Assembly: GCA_009914755.4 (NCBI GenBank)
Contig: CP068257.2
Location: forward strand, 544,001 to 608,000
Source of the DNA: the human T2T-CHM13v2.0 reference genome, Homo sapiens
DNA: 64,000 bases
Direction: 5' to 3'
Shown here: piece after piece, positions 45,801 through 60,800 of the stretch
Numbering within the stretch: the stretch's first letter is position 1
Layout: each line of letters opens with the position of its first letter
Position numbers and translations under genes: made by a program
The notes under the pieces: generated by a model
Told to the model about the DNA's origin: nothing
What the model saw: the letters and a program-made list of their open reading frames with translations, nothing else
Databases searched by the model: none

Positions 45801-48800
45801 ATCACCCAGGTGATCTAACACTGGTCTAAGCTCTGCCTAAAGGGGCATTGTGACAGATCTCTGCACTGATCACTCAGGTGATGTAACTGTTGTCTAGGCT
45901 CTGCTTAAAGAGGCCTTGTCACATATCTCTGCACTGGTCACCCAGGTGATGTAACTCTTGTCTAGGCTCTGCTTCCAGGGCATATTGTGACATATCTATG
46001 CACTGATCACCTTAGTGATGTAACCCTTGTGTAGGCTCGGCCTACAGGGGAATCTTGACCTATCTCTGCACTGCTAACCGAGGTGATTTCACTCTTGGGT
46101 AGGCTGTGCCCACAGGGGGATTGAGACATATCTCTGCACTGATCCCGAAGTGATCCAACTCTTGCCTGGTCTCTGCCTACTAGGGACATTGTGACATATC
46201 TCTGTACTGATCTCCCAGGTGCTGTAACATTAGTCTAGGCTCTGGCTACACGGCATTGTGACATACCTCTGCACTGATCACCCACGTGATGTAACTCTTG
46301 CCTAGGCTCTGCCTACAATGGTCTTGTGACATATCTCTGCACTGATCTCCCAGGTGATATAACTGTTCTCTAGCATCTGACCACAGGGTGCTTTGTGACA
46401 TATCCCTGCAATGATCACCCAGGTGATATAACTGTTCTCTAGGATCTGACCACAGGGTGTTTTTTGACTTATCCCTGCAATGATCACCCAGGTGATATAC
46501 CACTTGCCAAGGCTCTGCCTACAGGGGCATTGCAATGTATCTCTGCACTGATCACCTAGGTCTTGTAACTCTTTTCTAGGATCTGCCTACAGGGTGCTTT
46601 GTGACGTATCCCAGCAAGGATTACCCAGGTGCTGTACCTCTCATCAAGGCTCTGCCTGCAGGCACATTGCGATGTATCTCTGCACTGATCACCTAGGTCA
46701 TGTAACTTATGTCTACGCTCTGCCTACGATGGCATTGTGACATATCTCTGCACTAATCATCCAAGTGATGTAACTCTTGTCTAAGATCTGCCTAAATTAA
46801 CTTTGTGACATAACCCTGTAGTAATCATCCAGGTGATGGGGCTTTTGTCTAGGCTCTGCCTAAGGGGGCATTGTGACATATTTCTGCATTGATCACCCAG
46901 GTGGCGAACTCTTCTCTTGGATCTGCCTATGGGGGCATTGTGACAAATCTCTGCACTGATCACCCAGGTGATGTAACTGTTGTGTAACCTCTGCCTACAG
47001 GGGAATTGTGAGAGATCTCGCCACTGATCACCCAAGTGATGTAACCATTGTCTAGGCTTTGCGTACAGGGTGCTTTGTGACATACCTTTGCACTGATCAC
47101 CCAGGTGATGTAACACATCTAAGTTCGGCCTAAAGGAGCTTTGTGACATATCTCTGCACTGATCACTTAGGGGATGTAACACTTTTATAAGCACTGCCTA
47201 CAGGGAATTTTGACGAATCTCTGCACTGATCACCTAGGTGATGTAACTCTTGTCTACCCTCTGTCCAACGGGGCATTGTGAAATATCTCTGCACTGATCA
47301 CCCAGGTGATTCAACTCTTGACTAGGATCTGCCTACAGAGGTTATTGTGAAATATCTCTGCACTGATAAACTAAGTGGTGTAACCCTTGTCCAAGCTCTG
47401 CCTACAGGGGCGTTTTCACATATCCCTGAAGTGATGACAAAGGTGATGTAACTTTGCCTAGGCTTTGCCTACAGGGGACATTGGATATATGTCTGCACTG
47501 ATCACCCAGGTGATGCAACTCTTGCTTAGGCTTTGCCTACAGGGGACATTGTGACATATCTCTTCAATGATCTCCTATGTGATGCAACTCTTGCCTAGGC
47601 TTTGCCTACAGGGGACATTGTGACATATCTCTGCACTGATCTCCCAGGGGCTGTAACTTTAGTCTAGGCTCTGGCTACACGGCATTGTGACATATCACTG
47701 CACTGATCAACCAGGTGATATAACTCTTGTCTAGGCTCTGCCTCCAGGGGGCTTGTGACATATCTCTGCACTGATCACCCAGGTGATATAACTCTTCTCT
47801 AGGATCTGCCTACAGGGTGCTTTGTGACATATCCCTGCACTGATCACCCAGGTGATCTAACACTGGTCTAAGCTCTGCCTAAAGGGGCATTGTGACAGAT
47901 CTCTGCACTGATCACTCAAGTGATGTAACTGTTGTCTAGGCTCTGCTTAAAGAGTCCTTGTCACATATCTCTGCACTGGTCACCCAGGTGATGTAACTCT
48001 TGTTTAGGCTCTGCTTCCAGGGCATATTGTGACATATCTATGCACTGATCACCTTAGTGATGTAACCCTTGTGTAGGCTCGGCCTACAGGGGAATCTTGA
48101 CCTATCTCTGCACTGCTAACCGAGGTGATTTCACTCTTGGGTAGGCTGTGCCCACAGGGGGATTGAGACATATCTCTGCACTGATCCCGAAGTGATCCAA
48201 CTCTTGCCTGGTCTCTGCCTACTAGGGACATTGTGACATATCTCTGCCCTGATCTCCCAGGTGCTGTAACTTTAGTCTAGGCTCTGGCTACACGGCATTG
48301 TGACATACATCTGCACTGATCACCCACGTGATGTAACTCTTGCCTAGGCTCTGCCTACAATGGTCTTGTGACATATCACTGCACTGATCACCCAGGTGAT
48401 ATAACTGTTCTCTAGCATCTGACCACAGGGTGCTTTGTGACATATCCCTGCAATGATCACCCAGGAGATATAACTGTTCTCTGGGATCTGACCACAGGGT
48501 GTTTTTTGACTTATCCCTGCAATGATCACCCAGGTGATATAACACTTGCCAAGGCTCTGCCTACAGGGGCATTGCAATGTATCTCTGCACTGATCACCTA
48601 GGTCTTGTAACTCTTTTCTAGGATCTGCCTACAGGGTGCATTGTGACGTATCCCAGCAAGGATTACCCAGGTGCTGTACCTCTCATCAAGGCTCTGCCTG
48701 CAGGCACATTGCGATGTATCTCTGCACTGATCACCTAGGTCATGTAACTTTTGTCTACGCTCTGCCTACGATGGCACTGTGACATATCTCTGCACTAATC

Positions 48801-51800
48801 ATCCAAGTGATGTAACTCTTGTCTAAGATCTGCCTAAATTAACTTTGTGACATAACCCTGTAGTAATCATCCAGGTGATGGGGCTTTTGTCTAGGCTCTG
48901 CCTAAGGGGGCATTGTGACATATTTCTGCATTGATCACCCAGGTGGCGAACTCTTCTCTTGGATCTGCCTATGGGGGCATTGTGACAAATCTCTGCACTG
49001 ATCACCCAGGTGATGTAACTGTTGTGTAACCTCTGCCTACAGGGGAATTGGGAGAGATCTCGCCACTGATCACCCAAGTGATGTAACCATTGTCTAGGCT
49101 TTGCGTACAGGGTGCTTTGTGACATACCTTTGCACTGATCACCCAGGTGATGTAACACATCTAAGTTCGGCCTAAAGGAGCTTTGTGACATATCTCTGCA
49201 CTGATCACTTAGGTGATGTAACACTTTTGTAAGCACTGTCTACAGGGAATTTTGACGAATCTCTGCACTGATCACCTAGGTGATGTAACTCTTGTCTACC
49301 CTCTGTCCAACGGGGCATTGTGAAATATCTCTGCACTGATCACCCAGGTGATTCAACTCTTGACTAGGATCTGCCTACAGAGGTTATTGTGAAATATCTC
49401 TTCACTGATAAACTAAGTGGTGTAACCCTTGTCCAAGCTCTGCCTACAGGGGCGTTTTCACATATCCCTGAAGTGATGACAAAGGTGATGTAACTTTGCC
49501 TAGGCTTTGCCTACAGGGGACAATGGACATATATCTGCACTGATCACCCAGGTGATGCAATTCTTGCCTAGGCTTTGCCTACAGGGGACATTGTGACATA
49601 TCTCTTCAATGATCACCGTTGTGATGCAACTCTTGCCTAGGCTTTGCCTACAGGGGACATTGTGACATATCTCTGCACTGATCTCCCAGGGGCTGTAACT
49701 TTAGTCTAGGCTCTGGCTACACGGCATTGTGACATATCACTGCACTGATCAACCAGGTGATATAACTCTTGTCTAGGCTCTGCCTCCAGGGGGCTTGTGA
49801 CATATCTCTGCACTGATCACCCAGGTGATATAACTCTTCTCTAGGATCTGCCCACAGGGTGCTTTGTGACATATCCCTGCACTGATCACCCAGGTGATCT
49901 AACACTGGTCTAAGCTCTGCCTAAAGGGGCATTGTGACAGATCTCTGCACTGATCACTCAGGTGATGTAACTGTTGTCTAGGCTCTGCTTAAAGAGGCCT
50001 TGTCACATATCTCTGCACTGGTCACCCAGGTGATGTAACTCTTGTCTAGGCTCTGCTTCCAGGGCATATTGTGACATATCTATGCACTGATCACCTTAGT
50101 GATGTAACCCTTGTGTAGGCTCGGCCTACAGGAGAATCTTGACCTATCTCTGCACTACTAACCGAGGTGATTTCACTCTTGTGTAGGCTGTGCCCACAGG
50201 GGGATTGAGACATATCTTTGCACTGATCCCGAAGTGATCCAACTCTTGCCTGGTCTCTGCCTACTAGGGACATTGTGACATATCTCTGCACTGATCTCCC
50301 AGGTGCTGTAACTTTAGTCTAGGCTCTGGCTACACGGCATTGTGACATACCTCTGCACTGATCACCCACGTGATGTAACTCTTGCCTAGGCTCTGCCTAC
50401 AATGGTCTTGTGACATATCTCTGCACTGATCACCCAGGTGATATAACTGTTCTCTAGCATCTGACCACAGGGTGCTTTGTGACATATCCCTGCAATGATC
50501 ACCCAGGTGATATAACTGTTCTCTAGGATCTGACCACAGGGTGTTTTGTGACTTATCCCTGCAATGATCACCCAGGTGATATACCACTTGCCAAGGCTGT
50601 GCCTACAGGGGCATTGCAATGTATCTCTGCACTGATCACCTAGGTCTTGTAACTCTTTTCTAGGATCTGCCTACAGGGTGCTTTGTGACGTATCCCAGCA
50701 AGGATTACCCAGGTGCTGTACCTCTCATCAAGGCTCTGCCTGCAGGCACATTGCGATGTATCTCTGCACTGATCACCTAGGTCATGTAACTTTTGTCTAC
50801 GCTCTGCCTACGATGGCATTGTGACATATCTCTGCACTAATCATCCAAGTGATGTAACTCTTGTCTAAGATCTGCCTAAATTAACTTTGTGACATAACCC
50901 TGTAGTAATCATCCAGGTGATGGGGCTTTTGTCTAGGCTCTGCCTAAGGGGGCATTGTGACATATTTCTGCATTGATCACCCAGGTGGCGAACTCTTCTC
51001 TTGGATCTGCCTATGGGGGCATTGTGACAAATCTCTGCACTGATCACCCAGGTGATGTAACTGTTGTGTAACCTCTGCCTACAGGGGAATTGGGAGAGAT
51101 CTCGCCACTGATCTCCCAAGTGATGTAACCATTGTCTAGGCTTTGCGTACAGGGTGCTTTGTGACATACCTTTGCACTGATCACCCAGGTGATGTAACAC
51201 ATCTAAGTTCGGCCTAAAGGAGCTTTGTGACATACCTCTGCACTCATCACTTACGTGATGTAACACTTTTATAAGCACTGCCTACAGGGAATTTTGACAA
51301 ATCTCTGCACTGATCACCTAGGTGATGTAACTCTTGTCTACCCTCTGTCCAACGGGGCATTGTGAAATATCTCTGCACTGATCACCCAGGTGATTCAACT
51401 CTTGACTAGGATCTGCCTACAGAGGTTATTGTGAAATATCTCTGCACTGATAAACTAAGTGGTGTAACCCTTGTCAAAGCTCTGCCTACAGGGGCGTTTT
51501 CACATATCCCTGAAGTGATGAGAAAGGTGATGTAACATTGCCAAGGGTTTGCCTACAGGGGACATTGGACATATATCTGCACTGACCACCCAGGTGATGC
51601 AACTCTTGCCTAGGCTTTGCCTACAGGGGACAGTGTGACATATCTCCGCACTGATCTCCCAGGGGCTGTAACTTTAGTCTAGGCTCTGGCTACACGGCAT
51701 TGTGACATATCACTGCACTGATCAACCAGGTGATATAACCCTTGTCTAGCCTCTGCCTCCAGGGGGCTTGTGACATATCTCTGCACTGATCACCCAGGTG

Positions 51801-54800
51801 ATATAACTCTTCTCTAGGATCTGCCTACAGGGTGCTTTGTGACATATCCCTGCACTGATCACCCAGGTGATCTAACACTGGTCTAAGCTCTGCCTAAAGG
51901 GGCATTGTGACAGATCTCTGCACTGATCACTCAGGTGATGTAACTGTTGTCTAGGCTCTGCTTAAAGAGGTCTTGTCACATATCTCTGCACTGGTCACCC
52001 AGGTGATGTAACTCTTGTCTAGGCTCTGCTTCCAGGCCATATTGTAACATATCTATGCACTGATCACCTTAGTGATGTAACACTTGTGTAGGCTCGGCCT
52101 ACAGGGGAATCTTGACCTATCTCTGCACTGTTAACCGAGGTGATTTAACTCTTGTCTAGGCTGTGCCCACAGGGGGATTGAGACATATCTCTGCACTGAT
52201 CCCGAAGTGATCCAAATCTTGCCTGGTCTCTGCCTACTAGGGACATTGTGACATATCTCTGCACTGATCTCCCAGGTGCTGTAACTTTAGTCTAGGCTCT
52301 GGCTACACGGCATTGTGACATATCTCTGCACTGATCACCCACGTGATGTAACTCTTGCCTAGGCTCTGCCTACAATGGTCTTGTTACATATCTCTGCACT
52401 GATCACCCAGGTGGTATAACTGTTCTCTAGGATCTGACCACAGGGTGCTTTGTGACATATCCCTGCAATGATCACCCAGGTGATATAACTGTTCTCTAGG
52501 ATCTGACCACAGGGTGTTTTGTGACTTATCCCTACAATGATCACCCAGGTGATATTCCACTTGCCAAGGCTCTGCCTACAGGGGCATTGCAATGTGTCTC
52601 TGCACTGATCACCTAGGTCTTGTAACTCTTTTCTAGGATCTGCCTACAGGGTGCTTTGTGACGTATCCCAGCAAGGATTACTCAGGTGCTGTACCTCTCA
52701 TCAAGGCTCTGCCTGCAGGCACATTGCGATGTATCTCTGCACTGATCACCTAGGTAGTGTAACTTTTGTCTACGCTCTGCCTACGATGGCATTGTGACAT
52801 ATCTCTGCACTAGTCATCCAAATTATGTAACTCTTGTCTAGGATCTGCCTAAATTAACTTTGTGACATAACCCTGTAGTGATCATCCAGGTGATGGGGCT
52901 TTTGTCTAGGCTCTGCCTAAGGGGGCATTGTGACATATTTCTGCATTGATCACCCAGGTGGCGAACTCTTCTCTCGGATCTGCCTATGGGGGCATTGTGA
53001 AAAATCTCTGCACTGATCACCCAGGTGATGTAACTGTTGTGTAACCTCTGCCTACAGGGGAATTGTGAGAGATCTCGCCACTGATCACCCAAGTGATGTA
53101 ACCATTGTCTAGGCTTTGCGTACAGGGTGCTTTGGGACATACCTTTGCACTGATCACCCAGGTGATGTAACACATCTAAGTTCGGCCTAAAGGAGCTTTG
53201 TGACATATCTCTGCACTCATCACTTAGGTGATGTAACACTTTTATAAGCACTGCCTACAGGGAATTTTGACGAATCTCTGCACTGATCACCTAGGTGATG
53301 TAACTCTTGTCTACCCTCTGTCCAACGGGGCATTGTGAAATATCTCTGCACTGATCACCCAGGTGATTCAACTCTTGACTAGGATCTGCCTACAGAGGTT
53401 ATTGTGAAATATCTCTGCACTGATAAACTAAGTGGTGTAACCCTTGTGCAAGCTCTGCCTACAGGGGCGTTTTCACATATCCCTGAAGTGATGACAAAGG
53501 TGATGTAACTTTGTCTAGGCTTTGCCTACAAGGGACATTGGACATATATCTACACTGATCACACAGGTGATGCAACTCTTGCCTAGGCTTTGCCTACAGG
53601 GGACATTGTGACATATCTCTTCAATGATCACCCATGTGATGCAACTCTTGCCTAGGCTTTGCCTACAGGGGACATTGTGACATATCTCTGCACTGTTCTC
53701 CCAGGGGCTGTAACTTTAGTCGAGGCTCTGGCTACACGGCATTGTGACATGTCACTGCACTGATCAACCAGGTGATATAACTCTTGTCTAGGCTCTGCCT
53801 CCAGGGGGCTTGTGACATATTTCTGCACTGATCACCCAGGTGATATAACTCTTCTCTAGGATCTGCCTACAGGGTGCTTTGTGACATATCCCTGCACTGA
53901 TCACCCAGATGATCTAACACTGGTCTAAGCTCTGTCTAAAAGGGCATTGTGACAGATCTCTGCACTGATCACTCAGGTGATGTAACTGTTGTCTATTCTC
54001 TGCTTAAAGAGGCCTTGTCACATATCTCTGCACTGGTCACCCAGGTGATGTAACTCTTGTCTAGGCTCTGCTTCCAGGGCATATTGTGACATATCTATGC
54101 ACTGATCACCTTAGTGATGTAACCCTTGTGTAGGCTCGGCCTACAGGGGAATCTTGACCTATCTCTGCACTGTTAACCGAGGTGATTTAACTCTTGTCTA
54201 GGCTGTGCCCACAGGGGGATTGAGACATATCTCTGCACTGATCCCGAAGTGATCCAACTCTTGCCTGGTCTCTGCCTACTAGGGACATTGTGACATATCT
54301 CTGCACTGATCTCCCAGGTGCTGTAAATTTAGTCTAGGCTCTGGCTACACGGCATTGTGACATATCTCTGCACAGATCACCCACGTGATGTAACTCGTGC
54401 CTAGGCTCTGCCTACAATGCTCTTGTGACATATCTCTGCACTGATCACCCAGGTGATATAACTGTTCTCTAGGATCTGACCACAGGGTGCTTTGTGACAT
54501 ATCCCTGCAATGATCACCCAGGTGATATAACTGTTCTCTAGGATCTGACCACAGGGTGTTTTGTGACTTATCCCTGCAATGATCACCCAGGTGATATAAC
54601 ACTTGCCAAGGCTCTGCCTACAGGGGAATTGCAATGTATCTCTGCACTGATCACCTAGGTCTTGTAACTCTTTTCTAGGATCTGCCTACAGGGTGCTTTG
54701 TGACGTATCCCAGCAAGGATTACTCAGGTGCTGTACCTCTCATCAAGGCTCTGCCTGCAGGCACATTGCTATGTATCTCTGCACTGATCACCTAGGTCAT

Positions 54801-57800
54801 GTAACTTTTGTCTAGGCTCTGCCTACGATGGCATTGTGACCTATCTCTGCACTAATCATCCAAGTGATGTAGCTCTTGTCTAGGATCTGCCTAAATTAAC
54901 TTTGTGACATAACCCTGTAGTGATCATCCAGGTGATGGGGCTTTTGTCTAGGCTCTGCCTAAGGGGGCGTTGTGACATATTTCTGCATTGATCACCCAGG
55001 TGGCGAACTCTTCTCTTGGATCTGCCTATAGGGGCATTGTGACAAATCTCTGCACTGATCACCCAGGTGATGTAACTGTTGTGTAACCTCTGCCTACAGG
55101 GGAATTGGGAGAGATCTCGCCACTGATCACCCAAGTGATGTAACCATTGTCTAGGCTTTGCGTACAGGGTGCTTTGTGACATACCTTTGCACTGATCACC
55201 CAGGTGATGTAACACATCTAAGTTCGGCCTAAAGGAGCTTTGTGACATATCTCTGCACTCATCACTTAGGTGATGTAACACTTTTATAAGCACTGCCTAC
55301 AGGGAATTTTGACGAATCTCTGCACTGATCACCTAGGTGATGTAACTCTTGTCTACCCTCTGTCCAACGGGGCATTGTGAAATATCTCTGCACTGATCAC
55401 CCAGGTGATTCAACTCTTGACTAGGATCTGCCTACAGAGGTTATTGTGAAATATCTCTGCACTGATAAACTAAGTGGTGTAACCCTTGTCCAAGCTCTGC
55501 CTACAGGGGCGTTTTCACATATCCCTGAAGTGATGACAAAGGTGATGTAACTTTGCCTAGGCTTTGCCTAAAGGGGACATTGGACATATATCTGCACTGA
55601 TCACCCAGGTGATGCAACTCTTGCCTAGGCTTTGCCTACAGGGGACATTGTGACATATCTCTTCAATGATCACCCATGTGATGCAACTCTTACCTAGGCT
55701 ATGCCTACAGGGGACATTTTGACATATCTCTGTACTGATCTCCCATGGGCTGTAACTTTAGTCTAGGCTCTGGCTACACGGCATTGTGACATATCACTGC
55801 ACTGATCAACCAGGTGATATAACTCTTGTCTAGGCTCTGCCTCCAGGGGGCTTGTGACATATCTCTGCACAGATCACCCAGGTGATATAACTCTTCTCTA
55901 GGATCTGCCTACAGGGTGCTTTGTGACATATCCCTGCACTGATCACCCAGGTGATCTAGCACTGGTCTATGCTCTGCCTAAAGGGGAATTGTGACAGATC
56001 TCTGCACTGATCACTCAGGTGATGTAACTGTTGTCTATTCTCTGCTTAAAGAGGCCTTATCACATATCTCTGCACTGGTCACCCAGGTGATGTAACTCTT
56101 GTCTAGGCTCTGCTTCCAGGGCATATTGTGACATATCTATGCACTGATCACCTTAGTGATGTAACCCTTGTGTAGGCTCGGCCTACAGGGGAATCTTGAC
56201 CTATCTCTGCACTGTTAACCGAGGTGATTTAACTCTTGTCTAGGCTGTGCCCACAGGGGGATTGAGACATATCTCTGCACTGATCCCGAAGTGATCCAAC
56301 TCTTGCCTGGTCTCTGCCTACTAGGGACATTGTGACATATCTCTGCACTGATCTCCCAGGTGCTGTAAATTTAGTCTAGGCTCTGGCTACACGGCATTGT
56401 GACATATCTCTGCACAGATCACCCACGTGATGTAACTCGTGCCTAGGCTCTGCCTACAATGCTCTTGTGACATATCTCTGCACTGATCACCCAGGTGATA
56501 TAACTGTTCTCTAGGATCTGACCACAGGGTGCTTTGTGACATATCCCTGCAATGATCACCCAGGTGATATAACTGTTCTCTAGGATCTGACCACAGGGTG
56601 TTTTGTGACTTATCCCTGCAATGATCACCCAGGTGATATAACACTTGCCAAGGCTCTGCCTACAGGGGAATTGCAATGTATCTCTGCACTGATCACCTAG
56701 GTCTTGTAACTCTTTTCTAGGATCTGCCTACAGGGTGCTTTGTGACGTATCCCAGCAAGGATTTCTCAGGTGCTGTACCTCTCATCAAGGCTCTGCCTGC
56801 AGGCACATTGCTATGTATCTCTGCACTGATCACCTAGGTCATGTAACTTTTGTCTAGGCTCTGCCTACGATGGCATTGTGACCTATCTCTGCACTAATCA
56901 TCCAAGTGATGTAGCTCTTGTCTAGGATCTGCCTAAATTAACTTTGTGACATAACCCTGTAGTGATCAACCAGGTGATGGGGCTTTTGTCTAGGCTCTGC
57001 CTAAGGGGGCGTTGTGACATATTTCTGCATTGATCACCCAGGTGGCGAACTCTTCTCTTGGATCTGCCTATAGGGGCATTGTGACAAATCTCTGCACTGA
57101 TCACCCAGGTGATGTAACTGTTGTGTAACCTCTGCCTACAGGGGAATTGTGAGAGATCTCGCCACTGATCACCCAAGTGATGTAACCATTGTCTAGGCTT
57201 TGCGTACAGGGTGCTTTGTGACATACCTTTGCACTGATCACCCAGGTGATGTAACACATCTAAGTTCGGCCTAAAGGAGCTTTGTGACATATCTCTGCAC
57301 TCATCACTTAGGTGATGTAACACTTTTATAAGCACTGCCTACAGGGAATTTTGACGAATCTCTGCACTGATCACCTAGGTGATGTAACTCTTGTCTACCC
57401 TCTGTCCAACGGGGCATTGTGAAATATCTCTGCACTGATCACCCAGGTGATTCAACTCTTGACTAGGATCTGCCTACAGAGGTTATTGTGAAATATCTCT
57501 GCACTGATAAACTAAGTGGTGTAACCCCTGTCCAAGCTCTGCCTACAGGGGCGTTTTCACATATCCCTGAAGTGATGACAAAGGTGATGTAACTTTGCCT
57601 AGGCTTTGCCTAAAGGGGACATTGGACATATATCTGCACTGATCACCCAGGTGATGCAACTCTTGCCTAGGCTTTGCCTACAGGGTCATTGTGACATATC
57701 TCTTCAATGATCACCCCTGTGATGCAACTCTTGCCTAGGCTTTGCCTACAGGGGACATTGTGACATATCTCTGTACTGATCTCCCATGGGCTGTAACTTT

Positions 57801-60800
57801 AGTCTAGGCTCTGGCTACACGGCATTGTGACATATCACTGCACTGATCAACCAGGTGATATAACTCTTGTCTAGGCTCTGCCTCCAGGGGGCTTGTGACA
57901 TATCTCTGCACAGATCACCCAGGTGATATAACTCTTCTCTAGGATCTGCCTACAGGGTGCTTTGTGACATATCCCTGCACTGATCACCCAGGTGATCTAA
58001 CACTGGTCTATGCTCTGCCTAAAGGGGAATTGTGACAGATCTCTGCACTGATCACTCAAGTGATGTAACTGTTGTCTAGGCTCTGCTTAAAGAGGCCTTG
58101 TCACATATCTCTGCACTGGTCACCCAGGTGATGTAACTCTTGTCTAGGCTCTGCTTCCAGGGCATATTGTGACATATCTATGCACTGATCACCTTAGTGA
58201 TGTAACCCTTGTGTAGGCTCGGCCTACAGGGGAATCTTGACCTATCTCTGCACTGTTAACCGAGGTGATTTAACTCTTGTCTAGGCTGTGCCCACAGGGG
58301 GATTGAGACATATCTCTGCACTGATCCCGAAGTGATCCAACTCTTGCCTAGTCTCTGCCTACTAGGGACATTGTGACATATCTCTGCACTGATCTCCCAG
58401 GTGCTGTAACTTTAGTCTAGGCTCTGGCTACACGGCATTGTGACATATCACTGCACTGATCACCCACGTGATGTAACTCTTGCCTAGGCTCTGCCTACAA
58501 TTGTCTTGTGACATATCTCTGCACTGATCACCCAGGTGATATAACTGTTCTCTAGGATCTGACCACAGGGTGCTTTGTGACATATCCTTGCAATGATCAC
58601 CCAGGTGATATAACTGTTCTCTAGGATCTGACCACAGGGTGTATTGTGACTTATCCCTGCAATGATCACCCAGGTGATATACCACTTGCCAAGGCTCTGC
58701 CTACAGGGGCATTGCAATGTATCTCTGCACTGATCACCTAGGTCTTGTATCTTTTTTCTAGGACCTGCCTACAGGGTGCTTTGTGACGTATCCCAGCAAG
58801 GATTACTCAGGTGTTGTACCTCTCATCAAGGCTCTGCCTGCAGGCACATTGCGATGTATCTCTGCACTGATCACCTAGGTCATGTAACTTTTGTCTACGC
58901 TCTGCCTACGATGGCATTGTGACATATCTCTGCCTAATCATCCAAATGATGTAGCTCTTGTCTAGGATCTGCCTAAATTAACTTTGTGACATAACCCTGT
59001 AGTGATCATCCAGGTGATGGGGCTTTTGATTAGGCTCTGCCTAAGGGGGCATTGTGACATATTTCTGCATTGATCACCCAGGTGGCGAACTCTTGTCTCG
59101 GATCTGACTATGGGGGCATTGTGACAAATCTCTGCACTGATCACCCAGGTGATGTAACTGTTGCGTAACCTCTGCCTACAGGGGAATTGTGAGAGATCTC
59201 GCCACTGATCACCCAAGTGATGTAACCATTGTCTAGGCTTTGCGTACAGGGTGCTTTGTGACATACCTTTGCACTGATCACCCAGGTGATGTAACACATC
59301 TAAGTTCGGCCTAAAGGAGCTTTGTGACATATCTCTGCACTCATCACTTAGGTGATGTAACACTTTTATAAGCACTGCCTACAGGGAATTTTGACAAATC
59401 TCTGCACTGATCACCTAGGTGATGTAACTCTTGTCTACCCTCTGTCCAACGGGGCATTGTGAAATATCTCTGCACTGATCACCCAGGTGATTCAACTCTT
59501 GACTAGGATCTGCCTACAGAGTTTATTGTGAAATATTTCTCCACTGATAAACTAAGTGGTGTAACCCTTGCCCATGCTCTGCCTACAGGGGCGTTTTCAC
59601 ATATCCCTGAAGTGATGACAAAGGTGATGTAACTTTGCCTAGGCTTTGCCTACAGGGGACATTGGACATATATCTGCACTGATCACCCAGGTGATGCAAC
59701 TCTTGCCTAGGCTTTGCCTACAGGGGACATTGTGACATATCTCTTCAATGATCACCCATGTGATGCAACTCTTCCCTAGGCTTTGCCTACAGGGGACATT
59801 GTGATATATCCCTGCACTGATCTCCCAGGGGCTGTAACTTTAGTCTAGGCTCTGGCTACACGGCATTGTGACATATCCCTGCACTGATCACCCGCGTGAT
59901 GTAACTCTTGCCTAGGCTCTGCCTACAATGGTCTTGTGACATATCTCTGCACTGATCACCCAGGTGATATAACTGTTCTCTAGGATCTGACCACAGGGTG
60001 CTTTGTGACATATCCCTGCAATGATCACCCAGGTGATATAACTGTTCTCTAGGATCTGACCACAGGGTGTTTTGTGACTTATCCCTGCAATGATCCCCCA
60101 GGTGATATACCACTTGCCAAGGCTCTGCCTACAGGGGCATTGCAATGTGTCTCTGCACTGATCACCTAGGTCTTGTAACTATTTTCTAGGATCTGCCTAC
60201 AGGGTGCTTTGTGACGTATCCCAGCAAGGATTACTCAGGTGCTGTACCTCTCATCAAGGCTCTGCCTGCAGGCACATTGCGATGTATCTCTGCACTGATC
60301 ACCTAGGTCATGTAACTTTTGTCTACGCTCTGCCTACGATGGCATTGTGACATATCTCTGCACTAATCATCCAAGTGATGTAACTCTTGTCTAGGATCTG
60401 CCTAAATTAACTTTGTGACATAACCCTGTAGTGATCATCCAGGTGATGGGGCTTTTATCTAGGCTCTGCCTAAGGGGGCATTGTGACATATTTCTGCATT
60501 GATCACCCAGGTGGCGAACCCTTCTCTTGGATCTGCCTATGGGGCATTGTGACAAATCTCTGCACTGATCACCCAGGTGATGTAACTGTTGTGTAACCTC
60601 TGCCTACAGGGGAATTGGGAGAAATCTCGCCACTGATCACCCAAGTGATGTAACCATTGTCTAGGCTTTGCTTACGGGGTGCTTTGTGACATACCTTTGC
60701 ACTGATCACCCAGGTGATGTAACACATCTAAGTTCGGCCTAAAGGAGCTTTGTGACATATCTCTGCACTCATCACTTAGGTGATGTAACACTTTTATAAG